IMG/VR virus record: IMGVR_UViG_3300038443_000257
Span: 1 to 64,000 of that record
Reading direction: 5' to 3' (one strand)
DNA: 64,000 nt
From: a virus
Taxonomy: Duplodnaviria; Caudoviricetes
Made by a program: the position numbers and the translations under genes. The notes beneath the pieces were generated by a model. The model was given only the letters and a program-made list of their open reading frames with translations, was not told the origin of the DNA and made no database searches. Of the stretch, positions 18,491 to 27,293 are shown one piece after another. Each line of letters opens with the position of its first letter. Position 1 is the first letter of the stretch.

Positions 18491-18660
18491 TAATGCACTT
18501 GCCAACTAGGTACGTAACAATCATACCCTAGACAATTAACAATCATCATGTGTCGCCCCTTCCACAGCTTGTAATTACCGTTTGGCAACAGTTGATAATC
18601 GTAACCGATAGAAAGGCGGTATTCTACAACAGACTGTTGCTCTGGAGTAAGGAATATCAT
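18490..18660 (-). CDS. 56 aa hypothetical protein (not in ORF track)
   Basis: ATGA overlap with upstream gene, MIFLTPEQQ... Confidence 0.65.
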   Translation of the reverse strand: MIFLTPEQQSVVEYRLSIGYDYQLLPNGNYKLWKGRHMMIVNCLGYDCYVPSWQVH

Positions 18661-18893
18661 TCTACCTCAATCGTATGTCCGCAAATTTCGTCAGGGTTGA
18701 AAGCTTGCACAATACCGTCTGTACGCTTGCCAAAGATTGGCCCGCAATCAATTTCTTGGTCAAATGCAACGTACATCTTAACCATAGTAGGATGCATCTT
18801 ATGTGGGCGCATCATCGTCACTACGCCAGTGTACGGCACGCCATGAAACAAACCTTTTACGCGCTGGCCTTCGGTGAAGTATTGAGCATTCAT
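18657..18893 (-). CDS. early hypothetical protein (SH3-like beta fold likely)
   Basis: FTEGQRVKG..GVPYTGVV; promoter 18930-18958 TTGACA-17-TAAGAT. Confidence 0.75.
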   Translation of the reverse strand: MNAQYFTEGQRVKGLFHGVPYTGVVTMMRPHKMHPTMVKMYVAFDQEIDCGPIFGKRTDGIVQAFNPDEICGHTIEVE

Positions 18894-18965
18894 TTTGTTT
18901 CCCTTCGTGTTTGTGTTGTCGATGTGTGTATCTTACGCAAGCAAACGAAGCGTGTCAAGCACTAA

Positions 18966-19205
18966 TTACAAATATTCTTGTAGTTGCTCACTCGTCAAAC
19001 TCCGCGCAATCGTCGTGTCAACCATGAATTCAGAAATAGCTTGCCCCATGAATTCATGCGTTACAAGATATTCAATCTTAACTGTGTTTCCCTTGCTATC
19101 CGTCGTCGTGTAGATGTCAACAATACAGTATTCGGTGCGCTCTTTCGCTTTGGCATACCGATAGTGTTGGAACACTAGGCCGATTGGGAATCGTGCGGTT
19201 TTCAT
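18966..19205 (-). CDS. early hypothetical protein
   Basis: SD GAGGAG; promoter 19240-19268 TTGACA-17-TAAGAT. Confidence 0.75.
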   Translation of the reverse strand: MKTARFPIGLVFQHYRYAKAKERTEYCIVDIYTTTDSKGNTVKIEYLVTHEFMGQAISEFMVDTTIARSLTSEQLQEYL

Positions 19206-19269
19206 TTGATGCTCCTCTATGTGTTGATCGAATGAGTACATCTTACAGACTCTCGTTTTCGGTGTCAAG

Positions 19270-19800
19270 CACTTTAAGACAAACAAGCCCACATAAGCAC
19301 GATTCCGCAAGATTGGCTAAGTATGGCCCTAACATGCAAGCACAAACAGGGACATCTGGCACAGCTAGTGACATCTAGCACGTTCAGACAGATTTAGTAC
19401 GTTGATGCCGCTCTATATAGACTTTGTTCTAGAGGGATGTTCGCGCGCACCAAATTCCCCTATCGCACAAATCGTTATCACGATAAGCATCTATCAAGCA
19501 CGCCGCCCCACATTCCAAAACGTGTTTCCCGCCCACAACAAAAGGAAAAGCCCTGACACCATTACAGTGTAGGGCAAAATTTCCACAGGGCCTCGTGTTT
19601 CCCAAGGGGCAATGCACCCCCGCTCGGCCCCCAATTTCTCCATCTATTCGTCTGTTCAATTCCAAAACCATTTCTAACGCCCTGCCAAAATAGCCTCCCG
19701 CTTTTCTTTCAAATGGTGTTCGTATTGCGCCCAATCCGCAAAAGCAATGAAGCAAACCATCCCAATTCCGATTGCAATAAAAGTTTTCTTCACGTCATTC
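19270..19800. other. non-coding gap, possible second terminal-repeat boundary
   Basis: No credible ORF, short A/T tracts, GACATCTRGCAC direct repeat, terminator ~19543-19575. Confidence 0.45.
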
Positions 19801-19802
19801 TC

Positions 19803-20078
19803 CTAATAGTAAAGGCACATAAGACCGATGAGTGTCACTACAGTGCCTAGCCCAACAAGCATTGGCGATAGCTTATAATCTTTCGTAGTGATTAGCTCGT
19901 AAGACAAATACCCTGCGAAGGTAATAATTGCAAGAGACAGCACCTTTGCCAGATTGTTTAGCTCTTGCGCCTGATTCAAAAGTAGCAAGCCAAACGAGTA
20001 AACGAACAGCGTTGCAAGTGTGTATGCAAAATGCTTTACTGTCACAATTGTATTATCCACAACATTCTCCTTATTCAT
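19803..20078 (-). CDS. membrane protein
   Basis: Three hydrophobic segments. Confidence 0.7.
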   Translation of the reverse strand: MNKENVVDNTIVTVKHFAYTLATLFVYSFGLLLLNQAQELNNLAKVLSLAIITFAGYLSYELITTKDYKLSPMLVGLGTVVTLIGLMCLYY

Positions 20079-20284
20079 GCTGCATTCCTTTTCACTCGTC
20101 GGGCTTCCATACCTTGAAAGCTCCAATAGAAGGGATCAATACTCATGTGCGTATTGATCAGCCTAACACGGCCCCTTGTGCCATAGTTTTTAAGCACAAC
20201 GTATTCTTCGTCGAATAAGGTTATAATCTCCTCCCGCTTAAAAGGCTCCTCCTTGTTAGTGGTGCCAATTGCATTTCTCATCAC
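20075..20284 (-). CDS. hypothetical protein
   Basis: SD AAGGA, ATGA overlap with next gene. Confidence 0.65.
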   Translation of the reverse strand: MMRNAIGTTNKEEPFKREEIITLFDEEYVVLKNYGTRGRVRLINTHMSIDPFYWSFQGMEARRVKRNAA

Positions 20285-20422
20285 ACTTCCTTTCCTTCAA
20301 ATAATCTCGCCACAATCTATGACGCTCGTTCACATCGTTCTCGCAATAGATTATACCTAAGAAGAAGCCCGCAAGGAAGCACACAACCATCAAAATAATA
20401 ACGTACAAAATTGATAACTCAT

Positions 20423-20632
20423 TCATGGCATGATAAGCAGATAACGAGCAGCTTGGATGAATGTTTTCATTTGCGATGGTAGATCGTATGTGGTGTCGAA
20501 CTCAAACACTGTACCATCGTGATAAATCTTAACAGGCCATTCTTTACCAAGTGAATGTGTCTTAATATATGCGTACAACTCTGAATCGGTAGCCCCCATT
20601 ATTGTGATTTCATCCCTAGATAGTTCAGCCAT
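20423..20632 (-). CDS. hypothetical protein
   Basis: SD AGGAG. Confidence 0.6.
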   Translation of the reverse strand: MAELSRDEITIMGATDSELYAYIKTHSLGKEWPVKIYHDGTVFEFDTTYDLPSQMKTFIQAARYLLIMP

Positions 20633-20696
20633 TCCGCTCTCCTGTTTTGGTATATGCACATGGTAGGGCGGAAACGGTTGTTAGTCAAGTGGAAAC

Positions 20697-21227
20697 TTAG
20701 CTATTTTTGAAATTGTCTATGTATGCGATGAGGGCGGCGCGGGCTTTCTGAATCGCCTGCCTCTTGCTGAAGATATAGTCGTTCTCGCAAGGCCCAAAGC
20801 GGTCAACCATCGTTTGCAGCGCCTCGCGTACGGCATCGGGCGACGCTTCACCAGTGCTCGCCGTCTTCCGTTCTGCCAGCTCGCGCTCAAGTTGGCGGAT
20901 ACGCTCGGCATACGGGGCGACAACAGCGCGAAGCTGATCGGCGGTGTAGCCGCATTGCTCGGACCGCATGCCTTCAATCAGCACGTTCATTTGCGGATAT
21001 TTCGGCAGCGGCAGTTCTTCCACGATAGGGGCGGAGACAGGAGCGGTTGTATCCACTGACGTGTCTACTGTGCGGCGGGCGGCTTGCCAAATGGTCCAGG
21101 CGTCTTGAATTATGTGGCCCCTGTAGGTTTCGTCCGGGCATCGATCGAAGTCCGTAGGCGCCCAACGTTGGCTCATGTGTGCTTCAAACGCCGCGCGCTC
21201 TGCCTCCATGTTCAGTTCAGTGTTCAT
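20697..21227 (-). CDS. prophage-type modular protein (Ead/Ea22-like region)
   Basis: ERAAFEAH...AWTIWQAAR, YTADQLRA, ARAAL modules; GC-rich. Confidence 0.7.
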   Translation of the reverse strand: MNTELNMEAERAAFEAHMSQRWAPTDFDRCPDETYRGHIIQDAWTIWQAARRTVDTSVDTTAPVSAPIVEELPLPKYPQMNVLIEGMRSEQCGYTADQLRAVVAPYAERIRQLERELAERKTASTGEASPDAVREALQTMVDRFGPCENDYIFSKRQAIQKARAALIAYIDNFKNS

Positions 21228-21481
21228 TGCGGTCCTTTCTGTTCTACTTTGACTGATGGGCGCTCCATTCCCGGAACCCATTCAGTGACGCCGCCTTCTT
21301 CGGCTGCAAGTTCTTGCATTGCTCCATAGCATTCAGGGTGCATCTTTACGGTTCCTACATCGCCACCATCAAAGAACCGATAGCGCTGGTACGTTTCGCC
21401 GGATTGGATGCGCTGCCAACACCATGTGCATCGATGGTTTTTGTTTGCTACATGGGAGGTAGTTTCGGTTTGAGCGCTCAT
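21224..21481 (-). CDS. small Zn-binding protein
   Basis: ANKNHRCTWC...GETY...KMHPEC. Confidence 0.75.
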   Translation of the reverse strand: MSAQTETTSHVANKNHRCTWCWQRIQSGETYQRYRFFDGGDVGTVKMHPECYGAMQELAAEEGGVTEWVPGMERPSVKVEQKGPQ

Positions 21482-22392
21482 TTCTTCTTCTCCTGTTCAG
21501 CGCTTGCGGCGATAGCTGCGATTTCTTCCAGCGTGCTGGCGCATATCATTGGATTACCCTCAAAAGAGCAGACTTCACCCATTCGCTCGTAATTGGCCCA
21601 CGCTTCCAATACTCGTTTGCGAAGCTCGGTATCCTCGCCAGCATTCGATGCATGGGAGTTTGTCACTGGCGTGCCATGTGTGCCCTTGCCCAGCAGGGCT
21701 GCGCGCAGGTCGGCGATTTCGGCTTCCATTGCGGTTTGAATGTTGCGATTGCCCGGATTGAATAAGCGCTGCGCCCACGGTTTTACGTAATCTGGTGACA
21801 ACGGGTCCAACGGTGCAGCATCCCGACTGGGTGCTGGGGCGCAAAGCAATGCTGCAATCAATTCATACATCAACTGGTGTGGCTTGTTGTTGTAGCGGGT
21901 AGCCAGAGGTCCGACGCCAGACGGGGCATTCCAATAATCGTCCAGTGGATACTGAAGCGGCATCGGTTTAACAGTCTGACGAAGTTCTTCGCTCGCGCTT
22001 GCCGTGGTGGCCACAGGGGGTTCGGCGCGCCCTTCTTCGTAGCCATGACGGTAGCCGGTGCGGTACTGTTCGACCAATTCCCTTGCTCGTTCAGCCGCTC
22101 CTGCCTGCTGTGCGGTCGATGCGATACGCTTGTGCAAATAGTCGATGTACTCCAGTTGCGAAATCACAATGCCGTCCACCGTGTAAGTGATCTGATCGGC
22201 AGGTGCTTCGGGCGCGGCTCGCTCTGAAACATCCTTAAAATGCTCAAGCATGATTTCAACAGCGGCATGTCGAGCGTCACGATGGCCTAGTTTGTATGCG
22301 TGATATTCTTTGCTGTACTTCGGGCATTTGCTCTCGTCAGGAACACTTGGAATATTCATGATTGCCATGTTAAGCTTGTCAATATCATACAT
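21478..22392 (-). CDS. mosaic hypothetical protein
   Basis: AYKLGHRDARHAAVEI module joined to Ala/Pro-rich prophage-type modules. Confidence 0.75.
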   Translation of the reverse strand: MYDIDKLNMAIMNIPSVPDESKCPKYSKEYHAYKLGHRDARHAAVEIMLEHFKDVSERAAPEAPADQITYTVDGIVISQLEYIDYLHKRIASTAQQAGAAERARELVEQYRTGYRHGYEEGRAEPPVATTASASEELRQTVKPMPLQYPLDDYWNAPSGVGPLATRYNNKPHQLMYELIAALLCAPAPSRDAAPLDPLSPDYVKPWAQRLFNPGNRNIQTAMEAEIADLRAALLGKGTHGTPVTNSHASNAGEDTELRKRVLEAWANYERMGEVCSFEGNPMICASTLEEIAAIAASAEQEKKK

Positions 22393-22393
22393 G

Positions 22394-22639
22394 TCATTCT
22401 CCCTTGTTCTTCATTGCTCGGATTTTAGCCGCAGCCTCGTGGCAGTTTTCCACCTGCATATCACCGGGCTCGACATAGGTTTCATCGCAAACACTTGCAG
22501 CACGCTCCAACACAGCATCCTCAATGGCACGAGCAAGATAAATGGATGGATGAACAGAGACGCCAGCCTCATGTTTCTGGAATTGCTCGATAGCTTCTGT
22601 CCAGAGTGTGCCTATACACTCGTCGGTAAGTTTGGTCAT
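22394..22639 (-). CDS. hypothetical protein
   Basis: LTDE..ARAIE..LERAASVC..AAKIRAMK. Confidence 0.7.
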   Translation of the reverse strand: MTKLTDECIGTLWTEAIEQFQKHEAGVSVHPSIYLARAIEDAVLERAASVCDETYVEPGDMQVENCHEAAAKIRAMKNKGE

Positions 22640-22807
22640 TTTATTCTCCACCAGTGAGGTTAATTCGTGCCATACGTTCACGAAGCTCAATACATTCTTT
22701 CGACTTAGCTTCAGCACGGCTCCAACCTTGATCAGCCCGCAGCTTTTCGGAAGCTAGTTGTCGATGTAGAGAAAGGATTTCATTTTTGAGTTTGTCAACA
22801 TCAGTGT

Positions 22808-23035
22808 TCATTTTGTTCCCTCAATCAACACAAGTTTCTTGTCGTTGTATTTTCCTACGGTTTCGGCAAGCCCTTTTTCTTTCAGGGCATTCGCAGCAGA
22901 AGTGACACGTTTGGAGTTGTCAGATCGAAAGTAGTATTCGGTTGGATTAAATCTGCCCATGTACGGCATGTAGTGCACAATGACTCCTGCCTTCATCGCA
23001 TCGTACAGTTCCTGTTGTGTTTTGCTTAGTTTCAT
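22808..23035 (-). CDS. small winged-helix-like protein
   Basis: MKLSKTQQEL...ANALKEKGL; promoter 23067-23095 TTGACA-17-TACACT. Confidence 0.7.
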   Translation of the reverse strand: MKLSKTQQELYDAMKAGVIVHYMPYMGRFNPTEYYFRSDNSKRVTSAANALKEKGLAETVGKYNDKKLVLIEGTK

Positions 23036-23177
23036 GCTCCCCTCGTATGTTTGTTAAGACAGAATAAGTGTAGCGATAAGAATCTTAGCTGTCAAGAGAA
23101 AAATTGAGCACAAAAGAAAAAGCCTCTCCGAAGAGAGGCAAATGCACAACGAGGGTTGTTGTCGTCTTGGCGGGCCG

Positions 23178-23948
23178 TTAGAGGGCTCCAGTGTTCGACT
23201 TCAGAATCTTCGCAATCGCAGTTGCAAGCTCCATCACAGCAGCATCATACTCCTGCGGAGTCGCATTGTGAGCAACAGGTTGCATGATAGTAGGAGACTG
23301 AGCAGCCGTCTTTTGCAACTCATCCTGATATCGGCGAAGCGCGGCGAGCGAACGGGCAGACTTTTCTTTCTCACGCTTCTGATAAGGTCGCTTCTTCTGT
23401 TTCTCTTGTTCCGTGCGCTTGACCGTTGCACCTTCCGGCTTCTCGGCAGATGCTTTCTGTTCTGCAAGCTTAGCTTCCGGCTTAACATCATCTTTGCGCT
23501 TGTTGTGAGCATCGTGCAGAGCCTGTGCCATCGAAGTGAGGTTATCATTCGTCTGTGCGCCCCTCACATCTTTAGCCAAATCTTCAAGTGGCTTTAGCGC
23601 AGCGTCAATTTTAGCCTGATCCTCTTGCTTGTCATTCTTCACAAGCGTGAGGTTGGTTGCAGCACTATCGTCAAGCTTGCGGGCTTTGATGTTAGTTTTG
23701 GGCAGACGGGCGCGCACCAAGAATTCCTCCGCTGGGAGATTATGTTGCTTTGCATACTCCTGCACGATCTTGTGTGCGATGCTGATATCGACCGGGGAGC
23801 TAGCACGAAAATAGTCGATCCCGATTTCAGTCTCAGTATCCCGATCACTGAAGATAGCCTTGAGACGACCATTGTTCAGAGAGTTTGCGTCAACGAACAT
23901 TGGAACGTTGGACACAGGTGCCAGTCGAACAACCATTTGCTTTGCCAT
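23178..23948 (-). CDS. Lys/Ala-rich hypothetical protein, monocistronic
   Basis: SD AAGGAG, promoter 24052-24081, terminator ~23111-23139. Confidence 0.8.
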   Translation of the reverse strand: MAKQMVVRLAPVSNVPMFVDANSLNNGRLKAIFSDRDTETEIGIDYFRASSPVDISIAHKIVQEYAKQHNLPAEEFLVRARLPKTNIKARKLDDSAATNLTLVKNDKQEDQAKIDAALKPLEDLAKDVRGAQTNDNLTSMAQALHDAHNKRKDDVKPEAKLAEQKASAEKPEGATVKRTEQEKQKKRPYQKREKEKSARSLAALRRYQDELQKTAAQSPTIMQPVAHNATPQEYDAAVMELATAIAKILKSNTGAL

Positions 23949-24081
23949 GATGTTACTCCTTATATAGTGTTTGATTACGTTAGATTGCTTTGCCAGCTTC
24001 GACAGCTTTGCTTCTTGTATTGCATCGCTGTGTTGCGCTGTCGATGAATGCATCTTATCGCTACTTATATTCGGCTGTCAA

Positions 24082-24729
24082 GAATTTTTTCGTACAACCC
24101 CTATCTTTCTGTTCAGAATCGTGCTAGGCAGTGAATTTCCACATCTCACCTGTATGCATAAACAGTTGTTATACTGTCCACGTAAGCCAACTCCTACAAC
24201 ATTCTTACAATTCTCACCAAAAAGCGTGAGAATTTGCTGTACATCCACAAAAGAAAGGCGTAACGTGATTGTAATTCTTACGAACCCTATCTTCTGTGAG
24301 GTAGATAACGCTCAAACAACGATGACGCCCTATCAGAACTACTAGGGCACATGTGGAACATGTCTCGTCACACAGGCGTAACATGACATATAGGGGAAAT
24401 GTCTCCCAGCTTGTTAACTCTCTTGGATGAGGGTAAGGGAGAGTATTGTCCGCAGGGGCACAGCCACTGAGGAATTCAGTGGGTAGGGCGATCTATCGTC
24501 TTTTGAAAGCTGCTCTAGAAGCGGCAGGGGAGGGGCTTGCCCGGAGAGAGGAGAAATGGATAGGGATGGTACGTTTTCAGAAACGTGTTTTTGAGGATGA
24601 TGAACGGGCAAGAGGGGCAAGCTCCACACAGTTTCCCGGTAGAGCCTACCCTATGCGTTGATCCCAAGGGTGCTACGTCAGTGGTTCGGCACCTAATTTT
24701 TACTTGTATTCATTTCTAGGATTTAGAAA
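24082..24729. other. repeat-rich and structured non-coding region (origin or ncRNA candidate)
   Basis: Direct repeats 24099-24386 and nested inverted repeats 24417-24693. Confidence 0.45.
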
Positions 24730-25359
24730 TCATTTATTAGCCAGAGCAACCATACGCTGCCCAAAAAACACAACTTTCTGTGCGTCGTACAAACCATCAT
24801 CGTAACCTTTCTTTGCCACGCCAAGTTTACGGGCAGCACAAGAGCGCCAAATAGCCTTGAACGCATTCCCTTCTGCGTAGTTCATACCAAGAGCTTCAAT
24901 GATATCGTTACACTCAGCGATGTACGGGTCTTTGTCAGGATCGGTTGGTTTGTCTACGGGCACGGTGTAGTAGCTGACGGAACCACCCGTGTACTCATCG
25001 TCTTGTTGTTCCACTTCTTCCTCTACAATTTCAAATCGGTGTTGCGACCAAGAGCATTTCATACCTTCAAGATAGAAATCGCATGCATCGTTCCACACGT
25101 TTTCGCCAATCGCAGTGTAAACTTTTCCTTCCTCAAGCTGTTCTTCTGCGTTCATGTTGTCAATGCAACGTACACGGAACGGAAATTTTAGTTGCTCTTT
25201 AATCACTTCGCAATGCTCAGGGCCAATACCTACGTTCTTATCCTCTACAAGTGGGTAGTAATCATAACCGCCTCGGTGCACTGGCTTGCTCTCCACTTCG
25301 TATTCTTCCCCCACTTTGTACCAGTTGTCATCTGTGACACGGGTTACTCGTACTCGCAT
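24730..25359 (-). CDS. DUF3310-like domain protein with tandem N-terminal SH3-like repeats
   Basis: ECNDIIEALGMNYAEGNAFKAIWR. Confidence 0.7.
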   Translation of the reverse strand: MRVRVTRVTDDNWYKVGEEYEVESKPVHRGGYDYYPLVEDKNVGIGPEHCEVIKEQLKFPFRVRCIDNMNAEEQLEEGKVYTAIGENVWNDACDFYLEGMKCSWSQHRFEIVEEEVEQQDDEYTGGSVSYYTVPVDKPTDPDKDPYIAECNDIIEALGMNYAEGNAFKAIWRSCAARKLGVAKKGYDDGLYDAQKVVFFGQRMVALANK

Positions 25360-25391
25360 GATTCCCTCCTAAAATTGTTGTGAACGGGTGT

Positions 25392-25494
25392 ATGATGGCA
25401 CAGAACAACATTCGTGTCAAGAGTATTCTGCGTAAGAATGTTAGATCAAACTCTTAAAAATGTTGTTGACATGCGCTTCGTCGCAGCCTACAAT
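25392..25494. promoter_or_regulatory. divergent promoter pair at strand switch
   Basis: Minus TTGACA-17-CATCAT (25392-25420); plus TTGACA-17-TACAAT (25466-25494). Confidence 0.7.
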
Positions 25495-25521
25495 AAGCGA
25501 ACATTTTGATAAGGGGGATGT

Positions 25522-25791
25522 ATGAAAGGGTATCCAGTAGGTAGTTTGGTTGTTTTGCAGAACTGTACAAGGATTCCGGAGTTAAATGATGTGGAATGTA
25601 CAATCACAGCACCACTTGAAAGTAGGCTTACAATGATAGGGGAGATAGAAGCTTATCTAGTAGATTTTAAATATCATGGACACCAAGTAGCTCCGCAGAG
25701 GTGTCAAGTGCGCCTTAAGAAACTTCCGCCCGACGAAGCATTTGATAAGTTTCTTAACAACCTTAAGCAGCCAGTGGAGGAAACGGTATGA
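25522..25791 (+). CDS. hypothetical protein
   Basis: SD AAGGGGG. Confidence 0.7.
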   Translation: MKGYPVGSLVVLQNCTRIPELNDVECTITAPLESRLTMIGEIEAYLVDFKYHGHQVAPQRCQVRLKKLPPDEAFDKFLNNLKQPVEETV

Positions 25792-26087
25792 GTGTAGACG
25801 AGCTTAAAAACGATCTGTTTGATCGGGCATGGAACAACGAGTGTGACGGGCTTTGTGAAGAACATAGAGGCGAATGTAAAGTTGTGAGTGTAAGGGCTTG
25901 TAAGGTAGATTGGTGGTTCTCATACTGTGACGTAGCTATTGCAGAGGACACACGCAGAGGGTTGATTGTTACTGTGCATAATCTTGCCAAGATGTCTCGT
26001 GTAGAAGATACCCGCACACCAGATCAACGTGCCAAGGACGAGCTTTCCCATAATTTGCAGAAGCCTTACAACGTAGATGACCGATGA
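25788..26087 (+). CDS. hypothetical protein
   Basis: SD GGAGG, ATGA overlap. Confidence 0.7.
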   Translation: MSVDELKNDLFDRAWNNECDGLCEEHRGECKVVSVRACKVDWWFSYCDVAIAEDTRRGLIVTVHNLAKMSRVEDTRTPDQRAKDELSHNLQKPYNVDDR

Positions 26088-26149
26088 CACAAACTTGACA
26101 TCAACTCAATGTTGTGGTAAGATAACATCTTTAACGATAAGAGGATGTT

Positions 26150-26338
26150 ATGGACTACAAGAATTGTACCGTCGAAGAGTTGGCAGACTACGTAGAGCAA
26201 AGCCCAGCCGCGCGCATCACACAACAGATGATTTACTATCGTGATCGAGGCGTGCAGGAAATGGTTGACAAGATTGCTGAGGCTCGCAAGATTGTAAAGC
26301 GCCGTAAGCTCAAACGCCAGTTGGAGGCGATGGAGTAA
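26150..26338 (+). CDS. hypothetical protein
   Basis: SD GAGGA, promoter 26095-26123 TTGACA-17-TAAGAT. Confidence 0.7.
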   Translation: MDYKNCTVEELADYVEQSPAARITQQMIYYRDRGVQEMVDKIAEARKIVKRRKLKRQLEAME

Positions 26339-26339
26339 G

Positions 26340-27095
26340 ATGGTTAGAGTTGAACAAGACCCGTTCATAGGGCAAAGGTTTGGTGAGGAGGGGCAGTTAG
26401 AAGTTATAGGGAAAAGTGACAGGCGATATAGGGATTGCTTTCCTTACTATTTCGTCCACTGTACTATATGTAAAAATGATCCAGAGCTTCATGGAGATGC
26501 CATTTACGAGTGTTTCAAGTCAGCATTAAACAATGGCAAGTACCCTTGTGGATGTAGTTCCAGACCTTTCTGGAGTCAGGCGCAATACCGAACACTTATT
26601 AACAGGGCCTGCGAAAAGAAGCGTGTAAAATTAATATCCGCTGACGATATTATAACAGCAGACTCAAAGCTTACACTTTGTTGCGAAGCAGGACATATTT
26701 GGAGCACTACGAAGGTCGTAACTTTTGTAAGAGACAAGCACACTTGTGCATCTTGCTCGCAGAGAGGTTTTGACAAAAACAAGGCAGGATACGTCTACAT
26801 ATTGAAAATTTGCTCTGAAAGCCAAGGGTTTACCGGATACGGTATTACCGGGAATTTAAATAAAAGGCTCAGCACCCACGCAAGAAATCTTAAAAAGTTA
26901 GGAATGTCTATAGTAGACAGCCGAACGTTTGATATTGAAAGCGGAACGGTGGTGCAAGAAGTGGAAGAATCAATAAAAAAGATGTTTCCCACAGTTCGGC
27001 AGAACGTAGAGGGTTTTGCTAAAGAGGCCACTTATTTGGATTTATATGAAGATGTAGTGACTTTTGTAGAGGAGAAGATTTGTGAACTTATTTAA
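26340..27095 (+). CDS. zinc-ribbon / GIY-YIG-like homing endonuclease
   Basis: CTIC, PCGC, CASC, GFDKNKAGYVYIL, YGIT..LNKRL. Confidence 0.75.
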   Translation: MVRVEQDPFIGQRFGEEGQLEVIGKSDRRYRDCFPYYFVHCTICKNDPELHGDAIYECFKSALNNGKYPCGCSSRPFWSQAQYRTLINRACEKKRVKLISADDIITADSKLTLCCEAGHIWSTTKVVTFVRDKHTCASCSQRGFDKNKAGYVYILKICSESQGFTGYGITGNLNKRLSTHARNLKKLGMSIVDSRTFDIESGTVVQEVEESIKKMFPTVRQNVEGFAKEATYLDLYEDVVTFVEEKICELI

Positions 27096-27122
27096 ACTTG
27101 GCTTTGGAAATGACAGGGAGCG

Positions 27123-27293
27123 ATGATGAATTACAACGGTGACACAGAAGAGGACGTAGAAGCAAATTCTGTTGTGTCGAAGCTTATGGGTGACGATGAT
27201 CTTGAGGGAGTGCAGAAGTTTATTGCGGCAGACTATTTTGCTTGGGGTTGGGAAGCTGCTATGGATTTCGTGAAGAAGAAAGGGCAAAGTTGA
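27123..27293 (+). CDS. 56 aa hypothetical protein (not in ORF track)
   Basis: SD GGGAG, overlaps next start. Confidence 0.55.
   Translation: MMNYNGDTEEDVEANSVVSKLMGDDDLEGVQKFIAADYFAWGWEAAMDFVKKKGQS

Noticed and set aside
24630-24695. Faint resemblance to IscB omega-RNA, and a GAAGCGG primosome-site motif at ~24518
   Set aside because: Matches too short, and no IscB/TnpB gene adjacent
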